A stretch of DNA of 62,981 bases, filler included, from Octopus bimaculoides (taxonomy: Eukaryota), in assembly GCF_001194135.2 (NCBI RefSeq). It is 4 parts of 3 records of this genome, joined end to end, with 100 filler letters (N's around TTAATTAATTAA, not from the genome) between each part and the next. Parts side by side here need not be neighbours in the genome. Positions count along the whole stretch, not along the records: positions 60,868 to 62,981 come from NC_069003.1; 3 more parts are not named here. One strand, given 5' to 3'. Shown one piece after another: positions 62,809 through 62,981 of this stretch. A program made the translations under genes and the position numbers. The notes beneath the pieces were generated by a model, which saw only the letters and a program-made list of their open reading frames with translations, was not told where the DNA came from and made no database searches. How positions within the stretch are numbered: the first letter of the stretch is position 1; the number at the start of each line of letters is the position of its first letter.

Positions 62809-62950
62809 CAAAGCTTGCTTACCGACCACATGATTCTGGGTTCAGTCCCACTGCGTGGCACCTTGGGCAAGTGTCTTCTAATTTAGCCTCGGGCCGACCA
62901 AAGCCTTGTGAGTGGATTTGGTAGACGGAAACTGAAAGAAGCCCGTCGTA

Positions 62951-62955
<5 letters not shown>
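62809..62955 (+). mobile_element. SINE family C 5' part
   Basis: AAGCTTGCTT..GGGTTCAGTCCCACTGCGTGGCACCTTGGGCAAGTGTCTTC..GCCTTGTGAGTGGATTTGGTAGACGGAAACTGAAAGAAGCCCGTCG. Confidence 0.92.

Positions 62956-62981
<26 letters not shown>

Overview
AT-rich, microsatellite-dense animal genomic DNA from a draft scaffold, with about 22 N-gaps totalling roughly 5.6 kb. The tRNA-headed SINE families and compound (TA)/(TATG)/(CA)/(AAT) microsatellites look like an octopus genome; this is inferred from pattern recognition, not a database search. There is no prokaryotic operon, CRISPR array, rRNA or intact tRNA gene, and no host gene can be named. Almost all long ORFs in the track are microsatellite or N-run artefacts. 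The window is a layered transposon graveyard. It holds at least five SINE families (my labels A-E), two of them nested with clear target-site duplications. LINE remnants come from CR1, RTE (two), Tx1/L1 and R4/Dong; three R4/Dong pieces are stacked at (TAA)n/(TAG)n repeats. There is also a Penelope-like element, plus two maT (DD37D) copies that share one internal deletion. Two items stand out. The first is a TIR-bounded DNA element at 54421-55881 with a SAP-domain ORF on + and a THAP-domain ORF on - converging across a gap (ISL2EU/PHIS-like); the ORF track misses the SAP ORF and catches only the C-terminal part of the THAP domain. The second is a ~375-bp fold-back at 15741-16115 with a hammerhead-ribozyme-like core at its apex, plus several other hammerhead-like remnants. 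Two short hairpin/MITE-like elements lie in the first 600 bp. A few weak host-exon and promoter candidates are flagged at low confidence.
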